Source: Octopus vulgaris
Lineage: Eukaryota
NCBI GenBank assembly: GCA_951406725.2
Contig: OX597820.1
Coordinates: 25,048,001-25,112,000 of the forward strand
DNA length: 64,000 bases
Reading direction: 5' to 3'
Under the pieces are notes generated by a model, which was not told the origin of the DNA, did not search any database, and saw only the letters and a list, made by a program, of their open reading frames with translations. Every line of letters begins with the position of its first letter. Position 1 is the first letter of the stretch. The position numbers and the translations under genes are program-made. Positions 12,901-26,578 of the stretch are shown here, one piece after another.

Positions 12901-14337
12901 ACTCTCTCAAGGTGTCACTCAGTGGGACTGAACCGAGAACCATGTGGTTGGAAAGCAAACGTCTTACCACTCATTCATGCCTTCGCTTATTTATTGGGTT
13001 ACTCTTTTACTTGTTTCAGTCATTTGACTGTGGCTATGCTGGGGCACTGCCTTTAGTCGAGCAAATAAACCCCCAAAGCTTATTCTTTGTAAGCCTTGTA
13101 CTTATTAAGTCAGACCCTCTTTTTGTCGAACCGCTAAATTGCGGCGATGTAAACAAACCAACAACGGTTGCCAAGCGGGGTGGGTACACACACACAAACA
13201 CATGCACAAGGACGCACGGACGCGCGCGCGCTCATATACAATACATGTTTTTTTGTTTTTGTTTTTGCGAACAGTGATTGTGTATTTTTGTGCATGTACA
13301 AATGTATGTATGTGTATGTATGTATGTATGTGTTCACGTCCTCCAATTATGTATATACATATACTGTATACACACACACACACACACACGTCTCCCGCTC
13401 TTTCTCTGTATGAATGTGTGTGTGTGTGTGTGATTCTGAAAGTTTTATTCATAACACGAATACAGACGCGTATTATTTAAATTATATTATGGAAACTGAC
13501 GTACCGTATGTCTTTGTTGGGGAAGTGATATACAATTGAAAGGAAATTTGATACACGAATCCTTTTCCTTTGTTGCTAAGTTTGAATCGAATTAAGGGTT
13601 CAGACACGTGTGGAGATTTTAAAAATTACACGTTTCAGCTCTTTTTCTTCTTTTCTCATTTCAGAGACCACACCCAGTTTGTATAGCCATCGATCGATCG
13701 GATTAATAAAGTCTAGTGATCAGTTTATAATTCGAGTACGTGATTTGGTTAATGTTTTCTTTTCACACCTGGACACCTAAGCAAAAAACATGAGTGTAAT
13801 AGGTGTTAAAAAATGTGTATTAAACGAATATGAAAACGCGCTAACCACCCGGGCGATGGGGGGTGGACGTTCAGAAATCATATTCAACACCGTATTTATG
13901 AACTTGTTTCTCACCAAGATACAGGGGATCATTTTGAAAACCTTTTTCTATTACTCAAACGGAAAATAAATGAATCTCTTTTCTCTTTTCTCTTTTACTT
14001 GTTTCAGTCATTTGACTGTGGCCATGCTGGAGCACCGCCTTTAGTCGAGCAGATCGACCCCAGGACTTATTCTTTATAAGCCTAGTACTTATTCTATCGG
14101 TCTTTTTTGCCGAACCGCTAAGTTACGGGGACGTAAACACACCAGCATCGGTTGTCGAGCGATTTGGGGGCGACAAACACAAACACACACACACACACGT
14201 ATATACGACGGGCTTTGAGTTTCCGTCTACCAAGGCTTTGGTCTGCACGAGGCTATAGTACCAGACACTTACTCAAAGTGCCACGCAGTGGGACTGAACC
14301 CGGAACCATGTGGTTCGTAAGTAAGCTACTTACCACA

Positions 14338-14370
14338 CAGCCATAAACTTTTTTCCATTACACTCAAGCA

Positions 14371-14407
<37 letters not shown>

Positions 14408-14444
14408 TTTTTTTTGCATGAGTGTAATGGAAAAAAGTTTACGG

Positions 14445-14447
<3 letters not shown>
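14338..14447. mobile_element. 110-bp mini-MITE with a central (TA)n tract
   Basis: CAGCCATAAACTTTTTTCCATTACACTCA / TGAGTGTAATGGAAAAAAGTTTACGGCTG-TA. Confidence 0.6.
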
Positions 14448-14479
<32 letters not shown>

Positions 14480-14481
<2 letters not shown>

Positions 14482-16385
14482 ATGGATTTCTTTCTCTCTC
14501 TACCCCTACCGGGAAAAATTTTCCCCACAAATTTCTTTATAATTGTAATATATGCCGTTTGTCAATTCCATCTGTCCCCACTGTCAATTCCATTCTCCGC
14601 ACTTCGTACTATTCTACATAAGGCTTCTCATATTTTCTGCTACTTCATACATTTCCATTGTTCTTATTATCCAGAAGTGCGGTATCATATCGTATGCTTT
14701 ACGATAGTCAACCCATGTCATGCTCAAGTTTGTGTGTCTTCTCTTGCAGTTCCTGATAAATATATTATCAATTAAGAGCTGATTTTTCATTCCCTAACTC
14801 CTCTTTCAGCACCCTTTATCTTCAGTAGGTAGCAGCCCACTTTTTCCCAAGTATCTATACTGTTCGCCGGCCAAAGCACCTGACATTAGTTTCCACATGA
14901 GCGGAAGGCATGTTATTGGTCTAAAGTTGGATGCTACATTTCCATTTTCAGAATACTTGGCATATAACTATGTCTTTCCCTTTGTCATCCAACTGGATAC
15001 TGCGCCTTCCTGCAAGCACTCATGTAGCTGTTGTGATATCCTTCTATGGAGCCCTCTCAGCTTCTTCATCCAATAACCTTGGAACCCCATCCAGTCCTGA
15101 ACTCTTCCAATTTGGGAATTTTCTTAACTGCTTTTTATCATTTCTGTAGTTGTTTTTATGTCTTCTTGGCCTTCTATATTTCTTAACCTAACCAGCCTAT
15201 TTATGAATACCCCTCATTCATTGGACAATAAACCTTGCTTGTGAAGACCTGTTGAGGCAAGTGAAATCAAAATCAAAATTGCTGACATGGGGCCGACAAC
15301 AGTACCACCTGATTGGCACTTGTGCCAGTGGAACGTTAAAAGCACATCCGAACATGGGGTGTAACTGGGCCACTTATGATTACCCCTCATTCATTGGACA
15401 ATGAACTTTGCTTGCGAAGACCTACTGAGGCATGTGTAAACAAATCAAAATCGCTGATGTAGCTGATGATAGTACCGCCTGATTGGCACGAGTGCCAGTG
15501 GAACGTTAAAAGCACAACTGAGCATGACTATTGTCAGGGCCAAGGATTGGCTCCCGTGTTGGTGGTACATGAAAAACAACATTCAAGCGTGGTTGTTGCC
15601 AGTGCTACCGGGCTGGCTCCCGTGCAAGTAGCACGTAAAAACACCTTTTGAGTATCAGCGTGGTCATTGCCAGAACCGCCTGTGGCACTTAAAAAGCACC
15701 CACTACACTCTCGGAGTGGTTAGCATTCAGAAGGGCATCAAGCTGTAAAACCTTGCCAGACCAGATTGAGCCTGGTGCAACCTCTGGCTCATCAGTCCTC
15801 AGTCAAACCGTACAACCCATGCCAGCATGGAAAGCAGACGTTAAACAATGATGATGATGATCTTGGATTTCATGCAGCCACTCCACTTCATCATTATGTT
15901 CTACAGGTTGGTCCCAGATCCCTCACCAAAGTGCCCTGCTTTCCTCTGCATCTGGTATCATTATTACATATAAATTGCCCATCTAGTTCCTAAAACAGTT
16001 TCTTCTGATTTGCTTTGAACAATCTATTTTGCCTGAATTGTTTTATTCTATTATCATATCTTTCCAGTTTTGCTGTGATTGCTACTACTCTTTGTTGCAA
16101 TTCTTCCAATATCCTACCCAACATCATACCCTTTCTCTCTTATTCTATATGTTCTTTCCAGCATTATTATTATGCTTTCGTTCTGAAATTCCCCTCTTCT
16201 CAATCTGTCAACTTGTCCTAAATACCTTTTTAATTTTGTTTGTTTCTCACAAATTCATCTACACCAGTAATATTCTTTACGTTCTGGTTATTCTCTTCTT
16301 TTGTATCCAACTCTGTCTGCACCAACCAGAGCTACAGCCCAAATAATCTTGATAGTTTCAGTTATATTTCTTGTGTAGAATAGCC
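14480..16385 (-). mobile_element. degenerate R4/Dong-like LINE reverse transcriptase region, interrupted by an RTE 3' tail (about 15200-15860)
   Basis: The minus strand encodes RPITCLPLMWKLMSG, an RT motif typical of R4/Dong elements; many stops. Confidence 0.65.
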
Positions 16386-17227
16386 CAAGGACCGAAGGCA
16401 GCAAGCTAGCAGAATCGTTAGCATGCCGGGAGAAATGCGTAGCCATATTTCGTCTGCTGATACGTTCTGAGTTCAAATTCCGCCAAGGTCGACTTAGCCT
16501 TTCATCCTTTCGGGGTCAATAAATTAAATAACAGTTACGCACTGGGATCGATATAATCGACTTAATCCATTTGTCTGTCCTTGTTTGTCCTCTCTGTGTT
16601 TAGGCCCTTGTGGGTAGTAAAGAAATAGATTTCAACTTTGGGCTTGCATCAATGTACCTCTTAATGTACCTCTTAAATAAAGAAAGAATTAAAGAAAAAA
16701 GGACTTGTTATATAGAATGTTATTGATAATATTGAGTGGAAATAGGGGGCGCTGCAGTTCCACAGTGCCTATACACGAGCCACCATGGGCCATTGTCAGC
16801 ATCATTAGCACACCGAGCATTTCACTTAGCAGTATTTCATACTTCTTAACATTCTGAGTTCAAATTCCACCAAGGTCAAATTTGCCTTTCATCCTTTCGG
16901 GGTCGATTAAATAAGTACCAGTTATGCACTAGGGTCATGTAACCTCAAATATGAGGCCTTGCGCTTCCAGTAGAAAAGATTATTATTATTAAGGTGGCAA
17001 GCTGGCAGAATCGTTAGCATGCCGGGCAAAATGCTTAGCAGGATTTCGCCTAACATTACATTCTAAGTTCAAATCCCACCGTGGTTGACTTTGTCTGTCA
17101 TCCTTTCGGGATCGGTCGATAAATTAAGTACCAGTTGAGTACTGGCGTCGATGTGATCAACTGTGACCTTACCCGCAAAATCCAGGCCTTGTGCCTAGAG
17201 CTGAAAAGATTATTATTATTATTATTA

Positions 17228-17700
17228 TGTTTGACTTTTGCTTTATATTTGTACAAGTTGGCTCCAAGTCTCACCCAGAGACCTCAAGAGACAACAGGTT
17301 GGAAGTTCATGTTGTTGTTATGCCTAGTGTGCCATATATTTGGTGTTTTTTTTTTGGTGTTGTACTAGTGAATGTCCATAAAAAAACAAAAAAAAAAATT
17401 GTTTGTTTTAAACCCTGAGATTACATAGAAAGTATTTTGCGTAGGATATGAGCAGTTCCCATGAGCACTATCTTTTGAATTTCTGCCATTTTGGGGTTTC
17501 CTGGTATCTGAGTTAGGTAGCAATCAGCCCCTTTCGCTATCATTCCCAGGGCACCTATGACAACAGGTATTGTTTTAGTTTTCAGGTTCCACATTTTGCT
17601 GATTTCTATTTCAAGATCTTTATATTTGCTCAATTTTTGGTAGGTCTTGACAGATACATTTATATTGATTGGGACAGTCATATCAATGAGGAGGCATTAT
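17228..17700 (-). mobile_element. 5'-truncated R4/Dong LINE (endonuclease C-terminus plus 3' UTR) in (AAT)n
   Basis: IDMTVP..KLSKYKDL..IPVVIGALG..GTAHILRKIL; (AAT)n on both flanks. Confidence 0.85.
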
Positions 17701-18255
17701 TATTATTATTATTATTATTATTATAACTATATGCATCTACATTATATCCATTATATCGGCACAGGTCAGTGCGACCAAAGGAAACTGGTATTGCCAGTTT
17801 GCATCATTAGGCTGTAGCTAGCATTATATAATAGGAGCTTTTATATGTTTATTCAAAACATTACTGTATTTATTTTGAGATGCTCTGTGTTTCTTTCAAT
17901 TACTTTAAGTATAATAATGAATTTTGTAAAATAACTTAATTATCATTCAGCTAGTTTTAGGAACATTAATCGTGACTAAGGCTTGATGGAAGATTTTTTA
18001 ATTCAAAACTTATGAAAACAAGACATTTGTACTCAGAGCCAGAGGTGGTTTCAGCTGGGTTGGCAATGAAAGGGTTAATGGTGCATGACTCTAAAAGCGG
18101 TTTGAGCATCTGCAGAGCAACACCTGTCGCTTAGCATTTCTGGTTGTTGCCTACTCCCACTCCTTTTGTTGTTTTAGTTTCCCTCTGCAAGTATGACAGG
18201 TGTGAGGAAACATATTGTTTTTTATTATGTTTATTATCTAAAATTTATTTATATA

Positions 18256-18799
18256 TTGGGTTGTCCAGAAAGTTCGTGCCAATTTATAGTAGCTTACCTT
18301 TCAACTTATTTTAGAACATGGCTGAGTGCATAAAATAGGATTTGACTACACCTCCATTTAGAACACAGTTTAAGCTCTCTTTCCGTGGAAGAAGGTTTAT
18401 GTTCCTATAACCTGTATTAATTCTGTAACCCTTTAAAATGGAAGATAAGAAAGTTCATTTTCGGTTCTTGATGCTTTGGGAACCAGACACAAATTGCTGC
18501 AGCTTGGTTGGGATGTGTTACCCCACCCTCCATATTCACCAGATATTGCTCTTTTGGATTTCCACTTATTCAGGTCTCTAAAGAATAGTCTTAATGGTAA
18601 AAATTTCAATTCCTTGGATGAATTCTTTGCCATGAAACCACATCAATTCTGGGAAGAGGGTATTTTCAAGTTAAGGGAAAGATGGAGATGCATGTGCAAC
18701 AAAATGGTTCATATTTGGTTGATTAAAAATGTAATGGCAAGTATTTATTGACCTTTTTCTTTCCTATAAAAGTCGGCATGAACTTTCCGGACAACCCAA
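18256..18799 (+). mobile_element. internally deleted mariner element
   Basis: TA-flanked TIRs TTGGGTTGTCCAGAAAGTTCGTGCC / GGCATGAACTTTCCGGACAACCCAA; encodes LPHPPYSPDIALLDFHLFRSL. Confidence 0.9.
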
Positions 18800-19950
18800 T
18801 ATATATATATTCCAAAGCACATGGTTCTGAATTTAGTTCCACTGAGTGGCACCTTGGGCAAGTGTTTTTTTCTCTATTGTATCCTAGGATTAGCCAAAGC
18901 CTTGTGAATGGATTTTGTAGATGGAAACTGAAGGAAGCCTGCCATATATATATTTGTATATATCATTCAAATGTACAGAAAACAAAAGAGAAACAGGTGA
19001 GGGAACAAAAAGCAGGTGTATTAGTTTGACATGTAGGCAAATGGAAAAGTCTTTGATATTTTGAGCCTATGCTCTTCAAGGGATGAGAAAGAAAAAAATG
19101 GAGAGAGAAAAAATGTGTCATGACTAACAGTTTCACATGTTGAGATGCTGGAAAATGTCTTTGAGTCTGTGTTTATCCACCACCACTGCTTGACAACCAG
19201 TGTTGGTGTGTTTAATTTCCCCATAACTTAGCAGTTCATCAAAAGAGAACAATATAATAAATACCAAGTTTTAAAAAATACTTTTTCAAAAATTCCACAG
19301 GGTGAATCCCCAGTAAGGTTACTTTCTAGGAACTGAAACTAGCAAAAGATAAAATATAAAAGACATATATATATGTGTGTATTTTACATTTCACTAAGAA
19401 ATGGCACATGGTACCAGAATTTTCGATTATCATCTAATTTAAAAATCTATTCAAAATTGTTGTTAGAGTAACCATGTATGTATGCTTCAGGTTTGCATAA
19501 TTTATAATGAGAAATGCATTTATTACATAAACTTCCCTTGATTAAAACATTTCAAAATATTTCGGAATGTTTTCACTGAGGAAGGTCTTACATAATGGAT
19601 ACATTTACTATTACATATTACACAAATCTGAAACATACATACTAAATGATTTCAAAATATCACTATTTGGTTTGACTTCATAATTACAATATATATATGC
19701 ATGAATGTATGTGCGTGTGTGTGTATAATAATAATAATAACAATAATCCTTGGATGGAATTTATAAGCATTTAATGCATTGCTACATGCATTTCCACAAA
19801 TCTCATGTTTTTAAAATCAGAATCCATATTCTTTGGATGAATACAGTGTAATCTGTAGTATCCATGCGCATTGAGTTGATCATCTTCATGGATTCATTTC
19901 TTCAGGCAATATAACATTAATAGATGTGCAATGGAGGGATGCTTATGTGC

Positions 19951-19997
<47 letters not shown>

Positions 19998-20626
19998 ATC
20001 GTAATGTATATACTCTATAGCTAGGACAGTTACTGTGGTATTTGTCCTGAGATAATATCTCTAATGGACATGCCGTGTTAAAAGCATAATGAATATCAGG
20101 AGGAGACAAAAATTCATCCCATTAGTGACCAGTGAAAATGCCAGATGCATTTTTGGCCTTTTGGGGCCTTTTCAATGGTGCATACTTGCAGCTAGCCACA
20201 TGCTCTGGTGATAGTTTGTCCCCTCTGATATGGGTATGGGTGTGTTGTCATCTTCATCATCATCATATTAACATTCACTTTCCCATGCTTGCATGAGTCA
20301 GATGGAGTTTATTTAGGTAGGATTTCTATGACAGGACATGTCTTCACCAAATATTTGAAATGATATTTGTATCAATGTGACACTCATTTACAACTCTCAC
20401 ACAATACAAAGCAACACATACATACACACATGCATGCATACTTGCACATATACATATTATGGAGGTATAAGGATATGTAACACACTGCCTAAATACCAAT
20501 CTTGAGAAATTAGGCCTCTCAAAACCAGAAAAGAGAAAACTAATTCGAAGACTACAGAACAAATCCATTACTGGAATTGTAAAAATCTGTAAAACTTTCC
20601 AGAATTTTCTCATTTAAATATATATA

Positions 20627-20796
20627 GGCACAGGAGTGGCTTTGTGGTAAGTAGCTTGCTTACCAACCACATGGTTCCTGGTTCATTCCCACTGCATGGC
20701 ACCTTGGGCAAGTGTCTTCTACTATAGTCTTAGGCTGACCAAAGCCTTGTGAGTGGATTTGGTAGGTGGAAACTGAAAGAAGCCCATTGTATATAT

Positions 20797-20832
<36 letters not shown>

Positions 20833-21045
20833 ATATGTTTGTGTGTCTGTGTTTGTCCCCCCCAGCATCGCTTGACAACCGATGGTGGTGTGTTTACATC
20901 ACTGTAACTTACCGGTTTGGCACAAGAGACTGATAGAATAAGTACTAGGCTTCTGAAGAATAAGAACTGGGGTCGATTTGCTAGACTAAAGGTGGTGCTC
21001 CAGCATGGCTGCAGTCAAATGATAGAAACAAGTAAAAGAGAAAGA
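20627..21045 (+). mobile_element. SINE family A, full-length copy interrupting a Dong-like LINE tail
   Basis: Complete head-to-tail copy; LINE sequence resumes after it and matches 51840-52035. Confidence 0.85.
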
Positions 21046-21242
21046 GATACGAGCATGTCTAGATACGGAACTATATGAATGAGAATACATACATAACGCA
21101 TACAAAACTGCACATACCTACACACATACATACATACAAAAATATCCTGCTGTTGATGTTGAAATTCCAATGAAGGCGGCTTGGATCTAGGTTAAAAACT
21201 GGTTCTTTAATGACAAGAAATCATGAAATAAACTAAATAATG

Positions 21243-21775
21243 ACATACATACATACATACATAATACATGCATACATAATACATACATACATACATGCAT
21301 GCATACATACATACATACATACATACACACACACATACATACATACACACACACATACATACATACATACATACATACATGCATACATAAAACATACATG
21401 CATAATACATACATGCCTGCATGCATGCATACATACATACATAATACATACATGCATGCATACATACATACATAATACATACATGCCTGCATGCATGCAT
21501 ACATACATATATTCATAATACATACATGCATACATACATACATAATACATACATGCATGCATACATACATACATAATACATACATGCATACAGACATACA
21601 TAATAAATACATGCATGCATACATACATATATAATACATACATGCATGCATGCATACATACATAATACATGCATGTATGCATACATACATACATACATAC
21701 ATACATACATACATAATACATGCATACATACATACATACATACATATATAATACATACATACATACATACATACA

Positions 21776-21805
<30 letters not shown>
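21243..21805. repeat. long imperfect (CATA)n microsatellite at a LINE 3' end
   Basis: About 560 bp of CATA/CATG/CATAATA variants. Confidence 0.95.
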
Positions 21806-21807
<2 letters not shown>

Positions 21808-22796
21808 GGTATTAGCTGGATATTATTGTTTGGGACAGACAAGAAAATTTATCTACTGTCATAGAGGTCAGCTGTCTTGCTGATACGAATATCTCTTTTA
21901 AAATAAAATAAAAGGAAGATACCTGCTTTGATCCAGCTTCTTTATCCAGATAATATCATCACGTTTATACCAATACTAATTGGTATATTTGGCTTTGTGA
22001 GTAAATGCTTAACCAACAGTTGGATAAGCTTGGATTTTTTGAAAAAGATATCGACCAACTAACTCTCACATTACAAATGCAATCCGTAATTGAGACAGTA
22101 AAAATATGCAAGACTCTTCTCTAGTTTCAAAAGTATCATTGTTTGCATATTATACATTCCAACAATCGATCTTTGTTAGAAGCTATCACCTTCCTTGGAG
22201 AAATAGGCATAGGAGTGGCTGTGTGGTAAGTAGCTTGCTTACACACCATATGGTTCTGGGTTCAGTCCCACTGTGTAGCACTTTGGGCAAGTGTCTTCTA
22301 GTCTAGCCTCGGGCCGACCAAAGCCTTGTGAGTGGATTTGGTAGACGGAAACTGAAAGAAGCCCATCGTGTATATGTATATATATGTATGTATGTGTATA
22401 TGTTTGTGTGTCTGTGTTTGTCCCACCAACATCGCTTGACAACCGATGCTGGTGTGTTTATGTCCCTGTAACTTAATGGTTCAGCAAAAGAGACTGGTAG
22501 AATAAGTACTAGGCTTACAAAGAATAAGTCCTGGGGTCGATTTGCTTGGCTAAATGTGGTGCTCCAGCATGGCCACAATCATATGACTGAAACAAGTAAA
22601 AGAGTGATTGAAAAGAGAACTACACACATACGCACACACACACACACACTATCCGTTTGATAATAATGGTTAAATACACAACAACAAATATATAGTGTAC
22701 AGTTCTATATTTAAGAGATAAGGAATTATGTACATTATTTACATCATTTACATTATTTACATTCAACGGATATTTGTCCTCATCTTGTTTGTTGTT

Positions 22797-22842
22797 AACA
22801 CAACATTTCAGCTGATATACCCTCCAGCCTTCTTCAGGTGTA
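22797..22842 (-). ncRNA. hammerhead motif H2 (left copy)
   Basis: TACAC-CTGAAGA-A-GGCTG(gagggtatat)CAGCT-GAAA-T-GTT-GTGTT on the minus strand. Confidence 0.65.
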
Positions 22843-23144
22843 TTGGGGAAATTTCAAACCTGGGTTCTCATTCCTAAGTTATTTTTCAATGTTATTATTA
22901 TTATTATTATTGCTATTATTATTGTTGTTGTTGTTGTTCAGGTCACTGCTTGGAATCAAACTTGGAATCTTGGCGTTAGTAGCCAACACTCTTAACCACT
23001 ACACCTACAGGCACATGGTGTAGTGGTTAAGAGCATGGGCTACTAACCCTAAGATTCCAAGTTCGATTCTAAGCAGTGACCTGAACAATAACAACAACAA
23101 CAACAACAATAATAATAATGATAATGATAATGATAACAATAATA

Positions 23145-23179
<35 letters not shown>

Positions 23180-23261
23180 GATGATAATAATAATAATAAT
23201 AATGATAATAATAATAAAGATAATAATAATAATGACGATAATAATAATGATGATGATGATG

Positions 23262-23301
<40 letters not shown>

Positions 23302-23350
23302 CATCAAAAAATACCTTAGGAATGAGAATCCAGGTTTGAAATTTCCCCAA

Positions 23351-23396
23351 GACATCTGAAGAAGGCTGGAAGGTATATCAGCCAAAACGTTGTGTT
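23351..23396 (+). ncRNA. hammerhead motif H2 (right copy, G12 mutated to A)
   Basis: GACAT-CTGAAGA-A-GGCTG..CAGCC-AAAA-C-GTT-GTGTT. GAAA is degraded at a CpG site. Confidence 0.55.
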
Positions 23397-23817
23397 AACA
23401 ACAAACAAGATGAGGGCAAATATCCTTCAAATGTAAATAATGTAAATAATGTAATTATGTTGTGTGTTTAATTTCAAGAAATGTGATCTGATATTTCAAT
23501 AATTTGGAAACCGTCACCAGAAGATAGTTTAGAAATTTCTTAACCAAAATCACCATATATAAAGATTATTCAACTTACCTCTTCGCACTATTTGAAGCTC
23601 TCCTCCTCTTCTCTTTGGCTTGTTATTCTATTTCTGTATCACAATGCTTTGTGCACACTGGGACAACACTCTTCTTTCAACTGTCTAAAATACTAATAAA
23701 AGAAACATGCACTTGACACACATAGAGCTTATAAATTATTATGAATTCAGCACTTGTTAAAAGTATGTGTGTGTGGTGGGGTCCTCTGATATCACATAGA
23801 GTGTTAAGCACTTAGAG

Positions 23818-24166
23818 CAGCGTTTCTCAACCGGAGTTCCTAAGAACCCTAGGATTCCACGAAAGGCTCCTAGGAGTTCCGTGAGAAAGAGTGAGATAAG
23901 CTAATGCTAATATTATGATCCTAATATTACTATACATGCACAACATATTCTTGGTTATTGTAATATAGACATCATCCTATCTAACCTATTATGTTATCAA
24001 AAAAATATAAGAACCATTGGGGATATATTTAGTGTTGTCTGTAATTTATGGACACCCTATATATACATATATGTATATATATATAATATAAATTAGAGAT
24101 AAAACCACTATTATGCAACAAATTGAATTTTTCCCTGAAAGTTTGGAGTTATACTCCCTAATATTA

Positions 24167-24197
<31 letters not shown>

Positions 24198-24346
24198 ATA
24201 TATATATATATATATATTTACCATGTGAACTACAAGGAAAAAAGTATGAGAAAGATGTGGTATATAATTTATTTTGTGCAGTGGTTCCTTGAAACATGTA
24301 ATTTATTTTGAGGGTTACATAGGGGTAAAAAGGTTGAGAAACACTG
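23818..24346. mobile_element. hAT-type MITE
   Basis: TIRs CAGCGTTTCTCAACC / GGTTGAGAAACACTG; 8-bp TSD ACTTAGAG / ACTTAGAA. Confidence 0.85.
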
Positions 24347-24848
24347 ACTTAGAATATGGAAATTAGTATTCCCAGTTCTCTAGCATTACTAGATTTGATG
24401 TGAATGTAAACAGATTAGCTACTAATCTCTCTGGGATTGGTCAAGTGATGTAAACACTTCTGACTCCTAATAAGAGTCATTTGCAAAGACAACCCCAGGT
24501 TTTTAAACAGACCCATTCTGAACATTCACACAATGTCTCACAAGTAACTCTTACTGACACAGCACAGTTCTGTCTGTTTCAGTACGTAATTACTAACGTT
24601 ATTAATTGTAAATGACCAACAACAAATATCCTTGCCTTCAGCAATCATTATTTCAGTTAAAAATTCATAGGTTTTACATCAATTATTTTTCTTGCAGCCA
24701 ATGAAATATATGTGCATTTACAAACTCAATATTGCACCAACCAAACAACCACTGCAACACATCTTTCTCTTACTCCTTCTCCCACCCTCTCATTCCAATC
24801 ACTTTGTTTCTACCATCCTACTCTTGCTTTCACTGAAAGAAGCCTGTC

Positions 24849-24909
<61 letters not shown>

Positions 24910-25087
24910 TCTACATATATATATGTGTGTGTGCCACTATGTCTGTGTTTGTTTCCAGCTCCATTGCTTGACAGCCAATGTTGGTGTGTTTACATGCATA
25001 TAACTTAGCAGTTCAGCAGAAGAGACTGATAGAATAAGTACCAGGCGTACAAAGAATAACTCCAGGGATCAATTTCTTCGACTGCCC

Positions 25088-25391
25088 GTGGGCATATGGT
25101 GTAATGGTTAAGAACCACGGGCTACTAACCCCAAGATTCCGAGATCGATTTCAAGCAGTGACCTGAACAATAACAACAATAATAATAATAACAATAATAA
25201 TAATGATAATAATAATAATAATAAAACATAATTTGCGTTTTTTTTTTTTTTTTGGACATTCACTAGTACAACTCCCAAAAAAAACCCAAATATATGGCAC
25301 ACAACATGAACTTCCAACCTGTTGTCTCTTGAGGTCTCTGAGTGAGACTTGCAGCCAACTTGTACAAATATAAAGCAAAAGTCAAACATAG

Positions 25392-25422
<31 letters not shown>

Positions 25423-25604
25423 TCGAAAAATACCTTAGAAACGAGAACCCAGGTTCGAAATTTCCCCTAAGTCACCTGATGAAGGCTGGAGGGTGTATCA
25501 GCCAAAACGTTGTGTTAACAACAAACAAGATGAGGGCAAATATCCGTCAAATGTAAATAATGTAAATAATGTTCATAATTCCTCATCTCTTAAATATAGA
25601 ACTG
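25088..25604 (+). mobile_element. third H2 element, interrupted by a Dong-LINE 3' UTR fragment in its (AAT)n tract
   Basis: Same tRNA head and tail as 23010-23454. The insert 25224-25390 matches the reverse complement of about 17228-17400. Confidence 0.75.
25471..25516 (+). ncRNA. hammerhead motif H2 (third copy, G12 mutated to A)
   Basis: GTCAC-CTGATGA-A-GGCTG..CAGCC-AAAA-C-GTT-GTGTT. Confidence 0.55.
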
Positions 25605-26319
25605 AAATACACACTTTGATGTAAAATCTGTGGTTTCACTTAATTACTGGTATTCTCACCTGAGCCTGACACTAAGTGTTAATCATGGAGATTCAGTGAA
25701 TGATACTTGCATTCTACAGGCGTTTATCATTATAGTCCATTGTTGTGCAGATGTCTCTTTATGGTGACCTCATTTGTTATTCTGTCAACTGAAAGCCTTG
25801 TGGTGATCGAAGAATGGTAACATGTGCAGACAAGCAGGAAGTGCACAATAATTTACACACGTTTGTCTGTCAACTATGCTTCAAAGCAAGCAGATTACAT
25901 ACAACAGGACTGCATAGTCACCTGAGAGGTCAAGGATGGAAAATCAGAAATACCATTGACAATGAGGAAGCAGTAGGAAGCAGCAATCATCTGTGAAGAT
26001 GGAGCAATTACCGTGTATATGTATATATTTGTGAGTGTGTGTGTGTGTGAGTGTGAGTGTGTGTGAGTGTGTCTATATATATATATATATATATCTCTTT
26101 TACTCTTTTACTTGTTTCAGTCATTTCACTGCTGCCATGCTGGAGCACCGCCTTTAGTCGAGCAAATCGCCCCCAGTACTTATTCTTTGTAAGCCTAGTA
26201 CTTATTCTATCAGTCTCTTGTACCGAACTGCTAAGTTACGGGGATGTAAACACACCACTATCGGTTGTCAATCGATGTTGGTGGGGACAAACACAGACAC
26301 ACAAACATATACACACACA

Positions 26320-26350
<31 letters not shown>

Positions 26351-26471
26351 CAACAATAAAGGAACGGCCATAATAGGCCATTCACCCACTAGAAATAACA
26401 GCCAAAGCTTCAACCGCAAATAAAAGTTAATTCAGTAAACCAGGAGAAAATTTAAAAACATTTACCCTGTA

Positions 26472-26578
26472 ATTTCTTATACGATATACCGTTTCATCTG
26501 CTGATTAATGGTAAACTAACCTGATTAAATTAAATCAAGCCAATCTTCCACAGGCCCTCAGATTCTTCAGTAAGAAAT
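26472..26578 (-). ncRNA. hammerhead H3, copy 1
   Basis: Reverse complement of 27452-27558. Confidence 0.85.

Larger units (their letters stand above)
22697..23454. mobile_element. head-to-head pair of tRNA-headed, hammerhead-tailed short elements (family H2)
   Basis: The minus copy 22697-23005 and plus copy 23010-23454 are inverted homologues. Each has a tRNA-like head, an (AAT/AAC)n tract, a hammerhead and an ATGTAAATA-repeat tail. Confidence 0.75.

Noticed and set aside
21187-21864. Long MYVC/HTYI ORFs
   Set aside because: Translations of the (CATA)n microsatellite.
23010-23082. Genuine tRNA gene
   Set aside because: The acceptor stem does not pair well, the copies are divergent, and it is fused to a repeat body; it is a SINE-type head.
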